A stretch of DNA of 64,000 nucleotides from Eubacteriales bacterium (lineage in GTDB: Bacteria > Bacillota > Clostridia > Oscillospirales > CAG-272). The stretch spans positions 44,746 to 108,745 of the forward strand of contig JAZQKP010000035.1 in the NCBI GenBank assembly GCA_045542275.1, given 5' to 3'. Position 1 is the first letter of the stretch. Each line of letters starts with the position of its first letter. The position numbers and the translations under genes were made by a program. Below the pieces are notes generated by a model. The model searched no databases. It was not told the origin of the DNA and was given only the letters and a program-made list of their open reading frames with translations. Of the stretch, positions 10,594 to 19,046 are shown piece by piece.

Positions 10594-11235
10594 ATGGACA
10601 AAAGAATAAAAGCTTTGCTTGATTCTCTTGCGAAAAGGCAGTTTAACCCCTATTACGCAGAGAACAAGGATGAGGCGTGTGAAATAATTCTCTCTATTAT
10701 TGAGGATGAGAGAGCCAAAAAGGGTAAGCTTATGAATGATATGCAAATATCCTTCGGCGGCTCCCAGACCCTTAAGGAAATCGGCATTTTTGATAAGCTA
10801 AACGGCTACAATGTCCTTGATGCCTACAAGGAGAAAACTCCTAAGGAGCAATATGAGGCTAAGCGCCGCGCGCTCCTTTCCGATGTTTTTATGATGAGCT
10901 CCAACGCAATTTGTGAAAACGGCGAGCTTGTTAACATTGACGGCAACGGTAATCGCTTAGGCGCACTTATCTACGGCCCCGACACGGTTATCCTTGCAAT
11001 CGGTATAAACAAGCTTGTTAAGGATAAAAAGGAGGCAGTTGCAAGAATTAAGTCTGTTGCCTGTGTTAAAAACGCAAAAAGACTTAACCGTGCTACTCCC
11101 TGCGCTGAAAGTGGACTTTGTGAAAACTGTATGATACCCGGTAACACCATTTGCTGTCATATGGTATTTACAAGATTTACCACCATAAAGGACAGAATCA
11201 AGGTTATTATTATTAATGAAGAATTAGGATTCTAA
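10594..11235 (+). CDS. LUD-domain (LutC/YkgG-like) lactate utilization family protein
   Basis: MDKRIKALLDSLAKRQF...NGELVNIDGNGNRLGALIYGPDTVILAIGINKLV resembles the LUD domain. ATG 10594 lies 3 nt after the upstream stop; terminator at 11242..11271. Confidence 0.6.
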   Translation: MDKRIKALLDSLAKRQFNPYYAENKDEACEIILSIIEDERAKKGKLMNDMQISFGGSQTLKEIGIFDKLNGYNVLDAYKEKTPKEQYEAKRRALLSDVFMMSSNAICENGELVNIDGNGNRLGALIYGPDTVILAIGINKLVKDKKEAVARIKSVACVKNAKRLNRATPCAESGLCENCMIPGNTICCHMVFTRFTTIKDRIKVIIINEELGF

Positions 11236-11241
11236 AAAACT

Positions 11242-11271
11242 GAGCAGATACGGCTGTATCTGCTCTTTTTC
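11242..11271 (+). terminator. intrinsic terminator
   Basis: GAGCAGATAC-GGCT-GTATCTGCTC + TTTTTC. Confidence 0.75.
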
Positions 11272-11403
11272 TTCATATACATTATATAAATATTATAATA
11301 AAAATATAAAATATATATTGCAATTTAAATAAAAGTATGCTACAATGTGATTTGTAAAGGATGGAAGGCTTCATCTGTATTATTTTTGACAGGAGGATTA
11401 GAA

Positions 11404-11628
11404 ATGCCCGAGTTCAAATTTGAGATCGTAAAAAATTTCGGTACTATTTCCGAAAGCAACAGCGGTTGGATCAAGGAAGTTAACCTCGTTAGCTGGAATG
11501 ACCGTGAGCCTATTTACGATATTCGCGCATGGCAGGAAGGCCACGAAAAGCTCGGTAAGGGTATTACTCTTACTACAGAAGAGCTTAAAAACCTTAAGGA
11601 ATTGCTTAACACATTGGATATCGAATAA
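11404..11628 (+). CDS. small PC4/YdbC-like protein (tentative)
   Basis: MPEFKFEIVKNFGTISESNSGWIKEVNLVSWNDREPIYDIRAW...; RBS AGGAGG upstream of ATG 11404; terminator 11635..11659. Confidence 0.5.
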   Translation: MPEFKFEIVKNFGTISESNSGWIKEVNLVSWNDREPIYDIRAWQEGHEKLGKGITLTTEELKNLKELLNTLDIE

Positions 11629-11634
11629 TTTAAA

Positions 11635-11659
11635 AGCGACGCTGTGCGTCGCTTTTTTC
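11635..11659 (+). terminator. intrinsic terminator
   Basis: AGCGACGC-TGT-GCGTCGCT + TTTTTC. Confidence 0.75.
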
Positions 11660-11677
11660 TTCTTTATTTTTACTTAA

Positions 11678-11709
11678 ACAAAAAGACAGAGCTTGGCTCT
11701 GTCTTTTTC
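11678..11709. terminator. bidirectional terminator (mgsA side)
   Basis: AGACAGAGC-TTG-GCTCTGTCT flanked by A-run and T-run. Confidence 0.7.
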
Positions 11710-11710
11710 T

Positions 11711-12163
11711 TTAGAATTTAAGATTTCTTCTCTTGATATTGTATTCGGAGCGAGGATTGATAAAGTTTCTGTAATCAAGCTCTCCTCTGTCAAGAGCCGT
11801 AACAATAATTTCTGCAGTAGCAATATTTGTCGCAACGGGAACATTATGCACATCACAAAGGCGAAGAAGATTCTGCTCTATATCCATTCTTGCATCAAGC
11901 ATCTCTCCCTTATGAGGAATAGTAGAACGGAAGTAGAAAAGAACGTCTATTTCATCAAAGGCAATTTTTGATGCAATCTGCTGCTCACCACCGTGGGTGC
12001 CCGACAAAAGCTTTTCGATCTTTAATCCGGTTGCTTCAGAAATATAAGCGCCGGTTGTGCTGGTAGCACAAATAGAATGTTTACTAAGTATACCGCAATA
12101 GGCTATACAAAGCTGTGTAATCAGCTCTTTTTTGGTATCATCTGCAATAATAGCTATTTCCAT
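11711..12163 (-). CDS. mgsA: methylglyoxal synthase-like (MGS domain) protein
   Basis: MEIAIIADDTKKELITQLC...LLSGTHGGEQQIAS...VPVATN typical of the MGS fold; GGAGG 8 nt upstream of ATG 12163 (track start is an upstream TTG). Confidence 0.75.
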   Translation of the reverse strand: MEIAIIADDTKKELITQLCIAYCGILSKHSICATSTTGAYISEATGLKIEKLLSGTHGGEQQIASKIAFDEIDVLFYFRSTIPHKGEMLDARMDIEQNLLRLCDVHNVPVATNIATAEIIVTALDRGELDYRNFINPRSEYNIKRRNLKF

Positions 12164-12370
12164 GTTAGCAACCTCCAAAAATTCGTCAGTATAATATTAC
12201 CATATAATTAGGTGTTTGTCAATAATTTTTCACCAAAAATTTGGCATTTTAAACAAAAGAGTGTTGATTTTTTCCCATTTTTCTAAAGCTTTTCGTGTTT
12301 TTGCACAACTAAGCCATGTAAACTTACTGCTTTGCAGCACTTTTAAGTATATTCCTATTCACAAAACAAA

Positions 12371-12401
12371 AGAAGCGACCTCTTGGTCGCTTCTTGTTTT
12401 T
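12371..12401. terminator. hairpin + T-run (bidirectional)
   Basis: AGAAGCGACC-TCTT-GGTCGCTTCT flanked by A-rich and T-rich runs. Confidence 0.6.
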
Positions 12402-12424
12402 ATGATATGTTATGGTTTTGGTAT

Positions 12425-12463
12425 TTGAAAATCACGTCTGCTTCGTTCTGTGCCTGTTGCAGC
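12425..12463. repeat. 39-nt perfect direct repeat, copy 1 (array A)
   Basis: TTGAAAATCACGTCTGCTTCGTTCTGTGCCTGTTGCAGC is identical to 12633..12671; similarity continues through a CCTAGG motif. Confidence 0.9.
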
Positions 12464-12559
12464 TTCCTAGGGATTGCGAAACGGGTGCAGAAGGCGTGAG
12501 TGCGTACACGTCGGCGTACTTGCGTACGGTAGAGTAGCAATCACGTCTAGAAGCAGACA

Positions 12560-12595
12560 TAAAAAAGAGATTTTGCAATCTCTTGCAAAATCTCT
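12560..12595 (-). terminator. intrinsic terminator of MFS-GDPD operon
   Basis: Perfect 13-bp stem AGAGATTTTGCAA-TCTC-TTGCAAAATCTCT followed by TTTTTT on the minus strand. Confidence 0.7.
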
Positions 12596-12632
12596 ACATT
12601 ATACCTTTTATTTGGTTTGCGATGCCTTAGCG

Positions 12633-12671
12633 TTGAAAATCACGTCTGCTTCGTTCTGTGCCTGTTGCAGC
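12633..12671. repeat. 39-nt perfect direct repeat, copy 2, abutting the GDPD stop codon
   Basis: Identical 39-mer; the GDPD TAG stop (12676..12678) lies in the CCTAGG that follows. Confidence 0.9.
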
Positions 12672-12675
12672 ATCC

Positions 12676-13503
12676 CTAGGCAAGATAGTTTTCAAAAATT
12701 ACGCCATCAAATCCCTTATCATAGCAGCTCTTTTCCTCCTCTGCACTACGGACAGTCCAAGCGAAAAGAGGCGGGTTATAAAGCTTCTTTACAAGCCTTA
12801 CTGTAAATGCGTGCTCTAATTCCCAGTGGTTAAACGCCACAAAATCGGGACGGCAAAGGAAATTAAGCATAAGGTTTTTAAGCAATCTGTAAAGGGGCTT
12901 ACGCATTGATTCGTTTCTCATATAGTTATCGGAAAGGATTCCTCTTACTACATGGGGAAGCTCTTTTTTAACGGTTTTGATTGCCAAGGGGTTAAAGGAC
13001 TCTATCATATAGTCACCCTTATATTCCTTAAGCATACGGCAGGCAGCTGTTGCTACGTCGCCCTCTCCCATATCCTGCTTTATTTCCACAAGCAAGGGAA
13101 CTCTGCCGTCTACCAGCTCCAAAACCTCCTTAAAGGTTGGAACTGTATCCTCCGTTGAGCCAAGCTTGATTTCCTTAAGCTCCGATACAGTTAAGTCAAC
13201 TACTCTTTTGTCAACTCCGCAAACCCTTTTAAGAGTTGCATCGTGGAACACCACAAGCTCTCCGTCCTTGGAAAAGCGAACATCAAGCTCTATACCGTAG
13301 CCGTTTTCAACTGCGTTTTTAAAGGCGGTCATAGAGTTTTCCTCAGCGCCCTCTCTGTGCAAGCCACGGTGGGCATACTTAACACCAAGGAATTTTTTTG
13401 CTTCCTTTCTTTTTCTTCTCGGTTTAGTAGCGAAAAGATATAAAATAAGTCCAAGAAGTAAAAGTGAGCCGATTACTATTAATACTATGTAAATGGGATT
13501 CAT
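12676..13503 (-). CDS. glycerophosphodiester phosphodiesterase (GDPD) with N-terminal TM anchor
   Basis: AHRGLHREGAEENSMTAFKNAVENGYGIELDVRFSKDGELVVFHD is the GDPD catalytic N-terminus; its ATG overlaps the MFS stop (TAATG). Confidence 0.85.
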   Translation of the reverse strand: MNPIYIVLIVIGSLLLLGLILYLFATKPRRKRKEAKKFLGVKYAHRGLHREGAEENSMTAFKNAVENGYGIELDVRFSKDGELVVFHDATLKRVCGVDKRVVDLTVSELKEIKLGSTEDTVPTFKEVLELVDGRVPLLVEIKQDMGEGDVATAACRMLKEYKGDYMIESFNPLAIKTVKKELPHVVRGILSDNYMRNESMRKPLYRLLKNLMLNFLCRPDFVAFNHWELEHAFTVRLVKKLYNPPLFAWTVRSAEEEKSCYDKGFDGVIFENYLA

Positions 13504-14780
13504 TAATCGTCTGCTCCTCCCAGAGCCTCAAGTGCGCCTACCTTTTCGGGCTTAGCGTCACCGTGCTTAACAAAGAACATAGTTACAAATGCAAGTCCTG
13601 CAAATACAGCTGCATAGGGGAAGAATATCCACCAGCCGCAAGCATCAAGAAGTGCGCCTGAAAGAATAGGTGTTACAATCTGGGCTGACATAGATGCTGT
13701 GTAGTAGAAGCCTGTATACTTACCTACGTCGCCAACCTTAGCAAGCTCAACAACCATAGGGAATGAGTTTACATTGATAGTTGCCCAGCCGATACCGGCA
13801 AGACAGAAAAGAAGATACATTACAATTGCAGGTGTGCCTGCCTTGATAAATGCAGCTGAGCCAAAGGCTACTGTAAGCATAATAATACCTGCAAGGATAG
13901 TCTTTCTTCTGCCGAACTTAGATGCAATCATACCAACAGGAATATATGCAACTACCGCTGCTGCCTGTGCAATCATAAGTGTAAGCGTATAGGGAACCTG
14001 CAAAACTGTTGTTGCGTATACGGAATACTTACTTGTTACTGCGTTGTAGCCTACATACCAAAGAACTACTGACGCAAGAATAAGGATAAGTGACTTAAGC
14101 TCTGCACGGTTAAGATTTCTCTTGATGCCGTCAGGACTTTTCTCTTCCTCCTCAATACAGTATTTAACTGTATCAAGCTCCATTTCCTTAGCCCACTTAG
14201 GCTCCTTTACTGTAAGAAGGAATACAATAAGTGCTACAATCATAAGTCCTGCTACTGTAACGATATAAACGCCGAAATCCGTCTTACCGGGGGTGTCTGT
14301 CTTAAGAACCATACCAAGACCGAGAACGATAATACCGCCTGCTGTACCCATAAGATTGATAATAGCATTACCCTTTGAACGTAAGGGCTTAACTGTTACG
14401 TCAGGCATAAGGGCAACTGCGGGGGAACGGAAGGTTGCCATTGCCATAAGGGTGAAAAGAAGAACTATTACAAATACACCGATAGTATTTATAAAGCCGA
14501 GAACAACAAAAAGAATAGCGGCAAAAATAGTACCAAAGAAAATAAAGGGGGTACGTCTGCCGTATTTGCACTTTACCTTATCGGAGATTGCACCGAAGAT
14601 AGGAAGCATAAATACTGCAAAAATATTGTCAAGTGACATAATAATGCCTGAGGACAGCTGCTTCATACCGAACTTATTTGTCATAATAAGAGGTACGACT
14701 GTGTCGTAAGCCTGCCAGAATGCGCTGATGAGGAAGAAAGCAAAGCCTACAAGTATAGTACGTTTGTAGTTGAGTTTCAT
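13503..14780 (-). CDS. MFS transporter, co-transcribed with GDPD
   Basis: 12-TM-type ORF; GGAG 6 nt upstream of ATG 14780 (track start 14792). Confidence 0.75.
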   Translation of the reverse strand: MKLNYKRTILVGFAFFLISAFWQAYDTVVPLIMTNKFGMKQLSSGIIMSLDNIFAVFMLPIFGAISDKVKCKYGRRTPFIFFGTIFAAILFVVLGFINTIGVFVIVLLFTLMAMATFRSPAVALMPDVTVKPLRSKGNAIINLMGTAGGIIVLGLGMVLKTDTPGKTDFGVYIVTVAGLMIVALIVFLLTVKEPKWAKEMELDTVKYCIEEEEKSPDGIKRNLNRAELKSLILILASVVLWYVGYNAVTSKYSVYATTVLQVPYTLTLMIAQAAAVVAYIPVGMIASKFGRRKTILAGIIMLTVAFGSAAFIKAGTPAIVMYLLFCLAGIGWATINVNSFPMVVELAKVGDVGKYTGFYYTASMSAQIVTPILSGALLDACGWWIFFPYAAVFAGLAFVTMFFVKHGDAKPEKVGALEALGGADD

Positions 14781-14859
14781 AATTTTCTCCATTTCAGTTT
14801 TGTTACTTATATTTTAATACAAACGTCGCATTTTGTCAAATCAAATCGCTTATATTATA

Positions 14860-15816
14860 TTAAAAGGCGCATTTTTTGCCCTGATATGTGCTTCTTTTGT
14901 ACATTTCCTTGTCAATATCGTTGATTACCGATACCTTTTTTAGGCTCCAAAGGGGCGCAAGAAGGCTATCCCTTGCTCCGTCACCCGTTACCCTCTCTAT
15001 TACCGTTTCGGCAGGAAACAGCTCCAGCTGGTCACAGACAATGTCCACGTATTCCTCCTTTATCAAGGGTGTGTACTCACCCGATTTGTACATTGATGCA
15101 AGGACGGTGCCCTCTATTACGTGGAGCAGATGTATCTTTACAATATCGGGCTTAAGGGCGGCAACATCCTTCGCCGTCTTAAGCATCATCTCTTTATTTT
15201 CCCTTGGCAAGCCGTCAATTATATGGACGGCAATTTTTACCTTAGGGGCATATTTTCTCAGCCTTGCAAAGCAATCGGTAAATTCAAGATAGGTGTGGCA
15301 ACGGTTTATAAGCTCTGCCGTTTCATCACTTGAGCTTTGAAGTCCCAGCTCCACGGTTACGGGAATGCTTTGTGAGATTTTATTTAGAAGTGCGATTTTC
15401 TCATTCTCAAGGCAGTCGGCACGGGTGGCAATATCTATCATTACAGCGCCCTCAAGGGATGAAATCTCCGAAAGGAGCTTTTCAAAATTATCATATGAGG
15501 TGTAGGAATTTGTATATGCCTGAAGATAGGGTATAAAGCTGTCAACGTCCCACTTGCCCTTAACCTGCTTTATCTGACCTTCATACTGAGCCTTAAGGGG
15601 TAAAAGGCCGTTGCAGCCCTGACTTCTGCTACCCCCTCTGCAATATATACAGCCACCGACTCCACGGCTGCCGTCAATATTAGGACAGGTAAGCCCTGCA
15701 TCAAGGGTTATCTTTGCACACTTTTTGCCAAAGGTGTGGCGCAGATAGTAATCATAGGTGTGGTATCTTTTATTTGTATCGCTATATTTAAAGGGATTTT
15801 CGCTGATTTGTGACAT
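14860..15816 (-). CDS. TIGR01212-family radical SAM protein
   Basis: MSQISENPFKYSDTNKRYHTYDYYLRHTFGKKCAKITLDAGLTCPNIDGSRGVGGCIYC; GGAGGT RBS before ATG 15816. Confidence 0.8.
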   Translation of the reverse strand: MSQISENPFKYSDTNKRYHTYDYYLRHTFGKKCAKITLDAGLTCPNIDGSRGVGGCIYCRGGSRSQGCNGLLPLKAQYEGQIKQVKGKWDVDSFIPYLQAYTNSYTSYDNFEKLLSEISSLEGAVMIDIATRADCLENEKIALLNKISQSIPVTVELGLQSSSDETAELINRCHTYLEFTDCFARLRKYAPKVKIAVHIIDGLPRENKEMMLKTAKDVAALKPDIVKIHLLHVIEGTVLASMYKSGEYTPLIKEEYVDIVCDQLELFPAETVIERVTGDGARDSLLAPLWSLKKVSVINDIDKEMYKRSTYQGKKCAF

Positions 15817-15945
15817 TTTTACCTCCAATAAGCAAAAATCCACCAGTGAGCCGGTGGACTTGATTTGGGCAGAGCCCCTACACTAACAGTTGCTCGTAAG
15901 TATATTCAATAATAGGGTGTCAATCTATTATTTGTTGCTTACCAC

Positions 15946-15974
15946 ATTATAGCATAATCTGTACTGATTGTAAA
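15946..15974 (-). promoter_or_regulatory. sigma-A-type promoter of radical SAM gene (TTTACA-17-TGcTATAAT)
   Basis: Minus-strand reading: TTTACA (15974..15969), 17-nt spacer, extended -10 TGC-TATAAT (15951..15946). Confidence 0.6.
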
Positions 15975-16004
15975 GAGTGATGAGGCGTGTCAAAGTCGTA
16001 TTCC

Positions 16005-16055
16005 ATATAAAAACTTCCTTTCGATTTATGGTAAACACCATTATACCGAAAGGAA
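16005..16055 (-). terminator. terminator of four-helix-bundle gene
   Basis: TTCCTTTCG...CGAAAGGAA stem followed by GTTTTTAT on the minus strand. Confidence 0.5.
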
Positions 16056-16082
16056 ATCATAAGTCCAGATAAGTTTTAAAAA

Positions 16083-16442
16083 TTATTTGCTATCAATGTT
16101 CGATTTTGCCGTTCTGCAAGAAGAAACGAGCATTACGCGAAGTGTGGCGCATTTGTCGGCCAAAATCTTATATTGCTGTGCATCAATATAATTCGTTCTA
16201 TGTAAAAGTTCAAGCCAATATCCTGTTTCACTCGCTTCCTTGAGCGCAATTTCAAGTTTAGAAATAAAATCCTTTTTGCCTTGGGCGTACTGCGCTTCGT
16301 GTATGTTTGCACCGATCGACGTACCACTTCTGCCAATCTGATTTGCAATTACGGATTCATGATTAGATTTTAAGAATTTGACAAGGTTAATAATATCAAC
16401 GGAAAATTCCATTGATAATTCACGGAGTTTGGATTCAGCCAT
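16083..16442 (-). CDS. four-helix-bundle protein (23S rRNA intervening-sequence protein family)
   Basis: 119 aa, ...IANQIGRSGTSIGANIHEAQYAQGKKDFISKLEIALKEASETGYWLELL typical of the family; own promoter (16466..16493) and terminator (16005..16055). Confidence 0.8.
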   Translation of the reverse strand: MAESKLRELSMEFSVDIINLVKFLKSNHESVIANQIGRSGTSIGANIHEAQYAQGKKDFISKLEIALKEASETGYWLELLHRTNYIDAQQYKILADKCATLRVMLVSSCRTAKSNIDSK

Positions 16443-16465
16443 AAGAGCACCTCGCTTTCGATTAT

Positions 16466-16493
16466 ATTATAGCATAAATTGGACCTTTGTAAA
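16466..16493 (-). promoter_or_regulatory. duplicate promoter driving four-helix-bundle gene (TTTACA-16-TGcTATAAT)
   Basis: Near copy of 15946..15983; -10 lies about 24 nt upstream of ATG 16442. Confidence 0.6.
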
Positions 16494-16494
16494 G

Positions 16495-16672
16495 AGTGAT
16501 GTTATTGCTTCGCCATAGTGATGCAGTGCTGACGCTCAGTGATGTATTGCACCTGCGGTGCAAAGTGATGTGATGTGTTCCGCATCCTCACGCGCGAAGC
16601 GCACATCACTTCCGAAGGAAACATCATGCACGAAGTGCACATCTCGTTCCGCGCAAGCGGAACACATCGTTC
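16495..16672. repeat. word/mini-hairpin array B (AGTGATG x4, then CATCACT-type words)
   Basis: AGTGATG at 16495, 16517, 16538, 16564; reverse-complement-type words from 16602. GC mini-hairpins GCACC-TGC-GGTGC, GCGC-GAA-GCGC, GCAC-GAA-GTGC, GTTCCGC-GCAA-GCGGAAC. Confidence 0.75.
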
Positions 16673-16673
16673 C

Positions 16674-16701
16674 AAAAACAAAAGCACTTCTCACGAAGTG
16701 C
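16674..16701 (-). terminator. terminator after tRNA-Thr
   Basis: GCACTTC-GTGA-GAAGTGC + TTTTGTTTTT on the minus strand. Confidence 0.7.
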
Positions 16702-16710
16702 TTTTGTTTT

Positions 16711-16786
16711 TGGAGCTACTGACCGGAATCGAACCGGTGACCTCATCCTTACCAAGGATGTGCTCTACCAACTGAGCCACAGTAGC
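16711..16786 (-). tRNA. tRNA-Thr (anticodon GGU)
   Basis: Reverse complement GCTACTG-TG-GCTCAGTTGGTAGAGC-A-CATCC-TTGGTAA-GGATG-AGGTC-ACCGG-TTCGATT-CCGGT-CAGTAGC-T-CCA folds as a cloverleaf with encoded CCA. Confidence 0.9.
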
Positions 16787-16893
16787 ATTTGCTATTGTAT
16801 TATAGCAGAATGATTTTTGTTTGTCAAGTTATTTATTTAAAATATTTATAAATTAAAGGGGCTGAGAATCAGCCCCTCTTATACTCTTATATT

Positions 16894-17589
16894 TTATGCC
16901 TCTGTGGTTTTTGTCTCTTCCTCAGCAGGTGTCTCCTCTACGGAAGCTTCCTCGGTGGCTGCTTCCTCTGTAACAGGGGGAACAACAGGCTCTGCCTTAG
17001 CCTTAAGCTCCTCATAGAAGCTTGTTTTTGCTGCCTGAATATAAGGTGCAACCCAAAGTGTACCGATACCGCAGCAAAGTGCGCCTACGATAATCCAGCC
17101 GATAAAGGAAAGGTCAAGCAAGAAAAGCTTACCCTTATGACCGTTCATCATTTCACGGCTCTTTGTAATAGCCTCTGTTGCTGTATATTCGGGATGGTCA
17201 ACTCTTATGTAGTATGTCATTGCGTATGAATAGCTCTTTACAATACCGGGGATAAGGAAGAGCAAGGACCAAAGGAATGTAAATACATTAACAAGCAAGC
17301 CTGTAACAATGTTGTTACCAAGCTCCTTCTTAAAGCCGTCAAACATAGTGCCCATATCCTCATGTGCGTTTGCCCTACGGTTAAGGCTGAGGAAGTATGC
17401 GTTTAAGCCTACATAAATAGGACCTGTAAATACAAATACAACGGGTGCGCCGATTCCTGTTGAGGAAACAAGGCTGGTTGCAAGGCTTACAATAAGCATT
17501 ACAAGAAGTGCGAAAAGCCACTGAGGCTTAAAAATGTTACCGCCAAGAGTCTGTCTTGCTCTTGCGCGAAGCTCTCTGCAAGAAATCAT
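16894..17589 (-). CDS. DUF975-family membrane protein
   Basis: MISCRELRARARQTLGGNIFKPQWLFALLVMLIV... plus an acidic T/E-rich tail. Confidence 0.6.
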   Translation of the reverse strand: MISCRELRARARQTLGGNIFKPQWLFALLVMLIVSLATSLVSSTGIGAPVVFVFTGPIYVGLNAYFLSLNRRANAHEDMGTMFDGFKKELGNNIVTGLLVNVFTFLWSLLFLIPGIVKSYSYAMTYYIRVDHPEYTATEAITKSREMMNGHKGKLFLLDLSFIGWIIVGALCCGIGTLWVAPYIQAAKTSFYEELKAKAEPVVPPVTEEAATEEASVEETPAEEETKTTEA

Positions 17590-17613
17590 AATTAAATTCT
17601 CCTTAATTTTTTA

Positions 17614-19044
17614 TTAGTAGCCGATGACACTGGCAAAGAAAAGAATACCTATTGTCATAGCAAATACTATCAGCTGAAGCTTCCACGTCCATTTTACCCA
17701 CTTGGGATAGGACACATTAGCCATGGAAAGTCCCACAAGCAACACAGGGTTTGTGGGGATAATAACGTCGGTAAAGCCGTCTGCCATACAGTATGCAAGG
17801 ATAAAGAGGGCAGGAGAAATACCGAGAGTTGCACAAATAGGTGCCACAATAGGAACAACAAGCATAATCTTTGCCGATGCTGAGCCTATAAATATTTGTA
17901 AGAAAAGGATAAGAGCATAAATAAGAAGTATGCAAACAAATCTGCTCTTACCGTCAAGCGCCTTGATAACACCGTTCATTATGGTGTCCATAATTCCACT
18001 TTCGGTCATAATAAGCTTAACCGAGGACGCCATAGCAATCATAACAACAGCGGGAAGCATAGATGCTGCGCCGTTTAAGAACTGCTTAAGTATAGCCTTT
18101 TTGTCGTCGCTTACCATCATACCGCAGATAAGTCCGCCTGCAAGGAAGCTTACGCAAAGGATAGGAATTGCATATCCCGATATACTTCTTATTGCTGCAA
18201 TAAGCACAAGAACAACCATCTGTACAGCGAAGAATACGGAGTAAACCTTGAATATTTTATCGCTGTTTTCAATAGCCCCTGTATCTATTGCGCCCATGCC
18301 TTCTCTTTTTATACGGTCACTTTCGTAGGTAAGGGATTTTGTGGGGTCCTTCTCTATCTTATTTAAGTGAATCATCAAAAATGTGCAAAGGACAAAATAT
18401 ACAATGCCGAAGAATACAATTCTTAACCACATTCCGTCGGTGGTGGTAGAGCCAACAAGCTCAGCGGCTAGACCAACTGAGAAGGGGTTTGTAATTGCGG
18501 CAGAAAAGCCGAAGCAGGCTGCCAGCATACAAGCGCCAAGACCTGTCATAGTATCCATGCCAAGAGAAAGCATAAGAACTACTATAAGAGGAATAAGCGT
18601 ACAAAGCTCCTCGAACATACCGAAGAAGCTGCCAAACAGCATAAAGATAAGAACGCAGATGCAGACAACAGGTCCGCCTCTGTTGGCAAGCCTGTGGATA
18701 AGTCTGCCGATAAACACCTTAATTCCGTTTGTCTTATCAAGAATGTTGAATACACCGCTCATAATAAGCAAAAATATGCTTATCATTATGATTGTCAGCG
18801 CATCCTCCGATGCGTAAACACGGAAGGGTGCAGTGATTACACGCCAGATGGCAATGCCCTTAACCTCTCCCTTAACATAGCTGTCGGGGATTATAACACC
18901 GTTTTCATCATACTGAAAGCTGCCCTGAGGTACAAAATAAGAGAGGGCGCCACTTATTATGATAATAGCGGTAAGTAAGCAAATAACGATTATAAATGAA
19001 CGAAGTCCAATGTTTGAGAAGGATTTCTCCTTAGCTTTATCCAT
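17614..19044 (-). CDS. YfcC-family (DcuC/AbgT-like) putative transporter
   Basis: Polytopic ~476 aa; GGAGG 7 nt upstream of ATG 19044 (track start is GTG 19050). Confidence 0.7.
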   Translation of the reverse strand: MDKAKEKSFSNIGLRSFIIVICLLTAIIIISGALSYFVPQGSFQYDENGVIIPDSYVKGEVKGIAIWRVITAPFRVYASEDALTIIMISIFLLIMSGVFNILDKTNGIKVFIGRLIHRLANRGGPVVCICVLIFMLFGSFFGMFEELCTLIPLIVVLMLSLGMDTMTGLGACMLAACFGFSAAITNPFSVGLAAELVGSTTTDGMWLRIVFFGIVYFVLCTFLMIHLNKIEKDPTKSLTYESDRIKREGMGAIDTGAIENSDKIFKVYSVFFAVQMVVLVLIAAIRSISGYAIPILCVSFLAGGLICGMMVSDDKKAILKQFLNGAASMLPAVVMIAMASSVKLIMTESGIMDTIMNGVIKALDGKSRFVCILLIYALILFLQIFIGSASAKIMLVVPIVAPICATLGISPALFILAYCMADGFTDVIIPTNPVLLVGLSMANVSYPKWVKWTWKLQLIVFAMTIGILFFASVIGY

Positions 19045-19046
19045 TG

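Noticed and set aside
16502-16687. 61-aa minus-strand ORF and the 66-aa plus-strand ORF (16575..16775)
   Set aside because: They lie in hairpin array B and overlap the tRNA-Thr terminator/tRNA; the repeat-driven open frames have no RBS.
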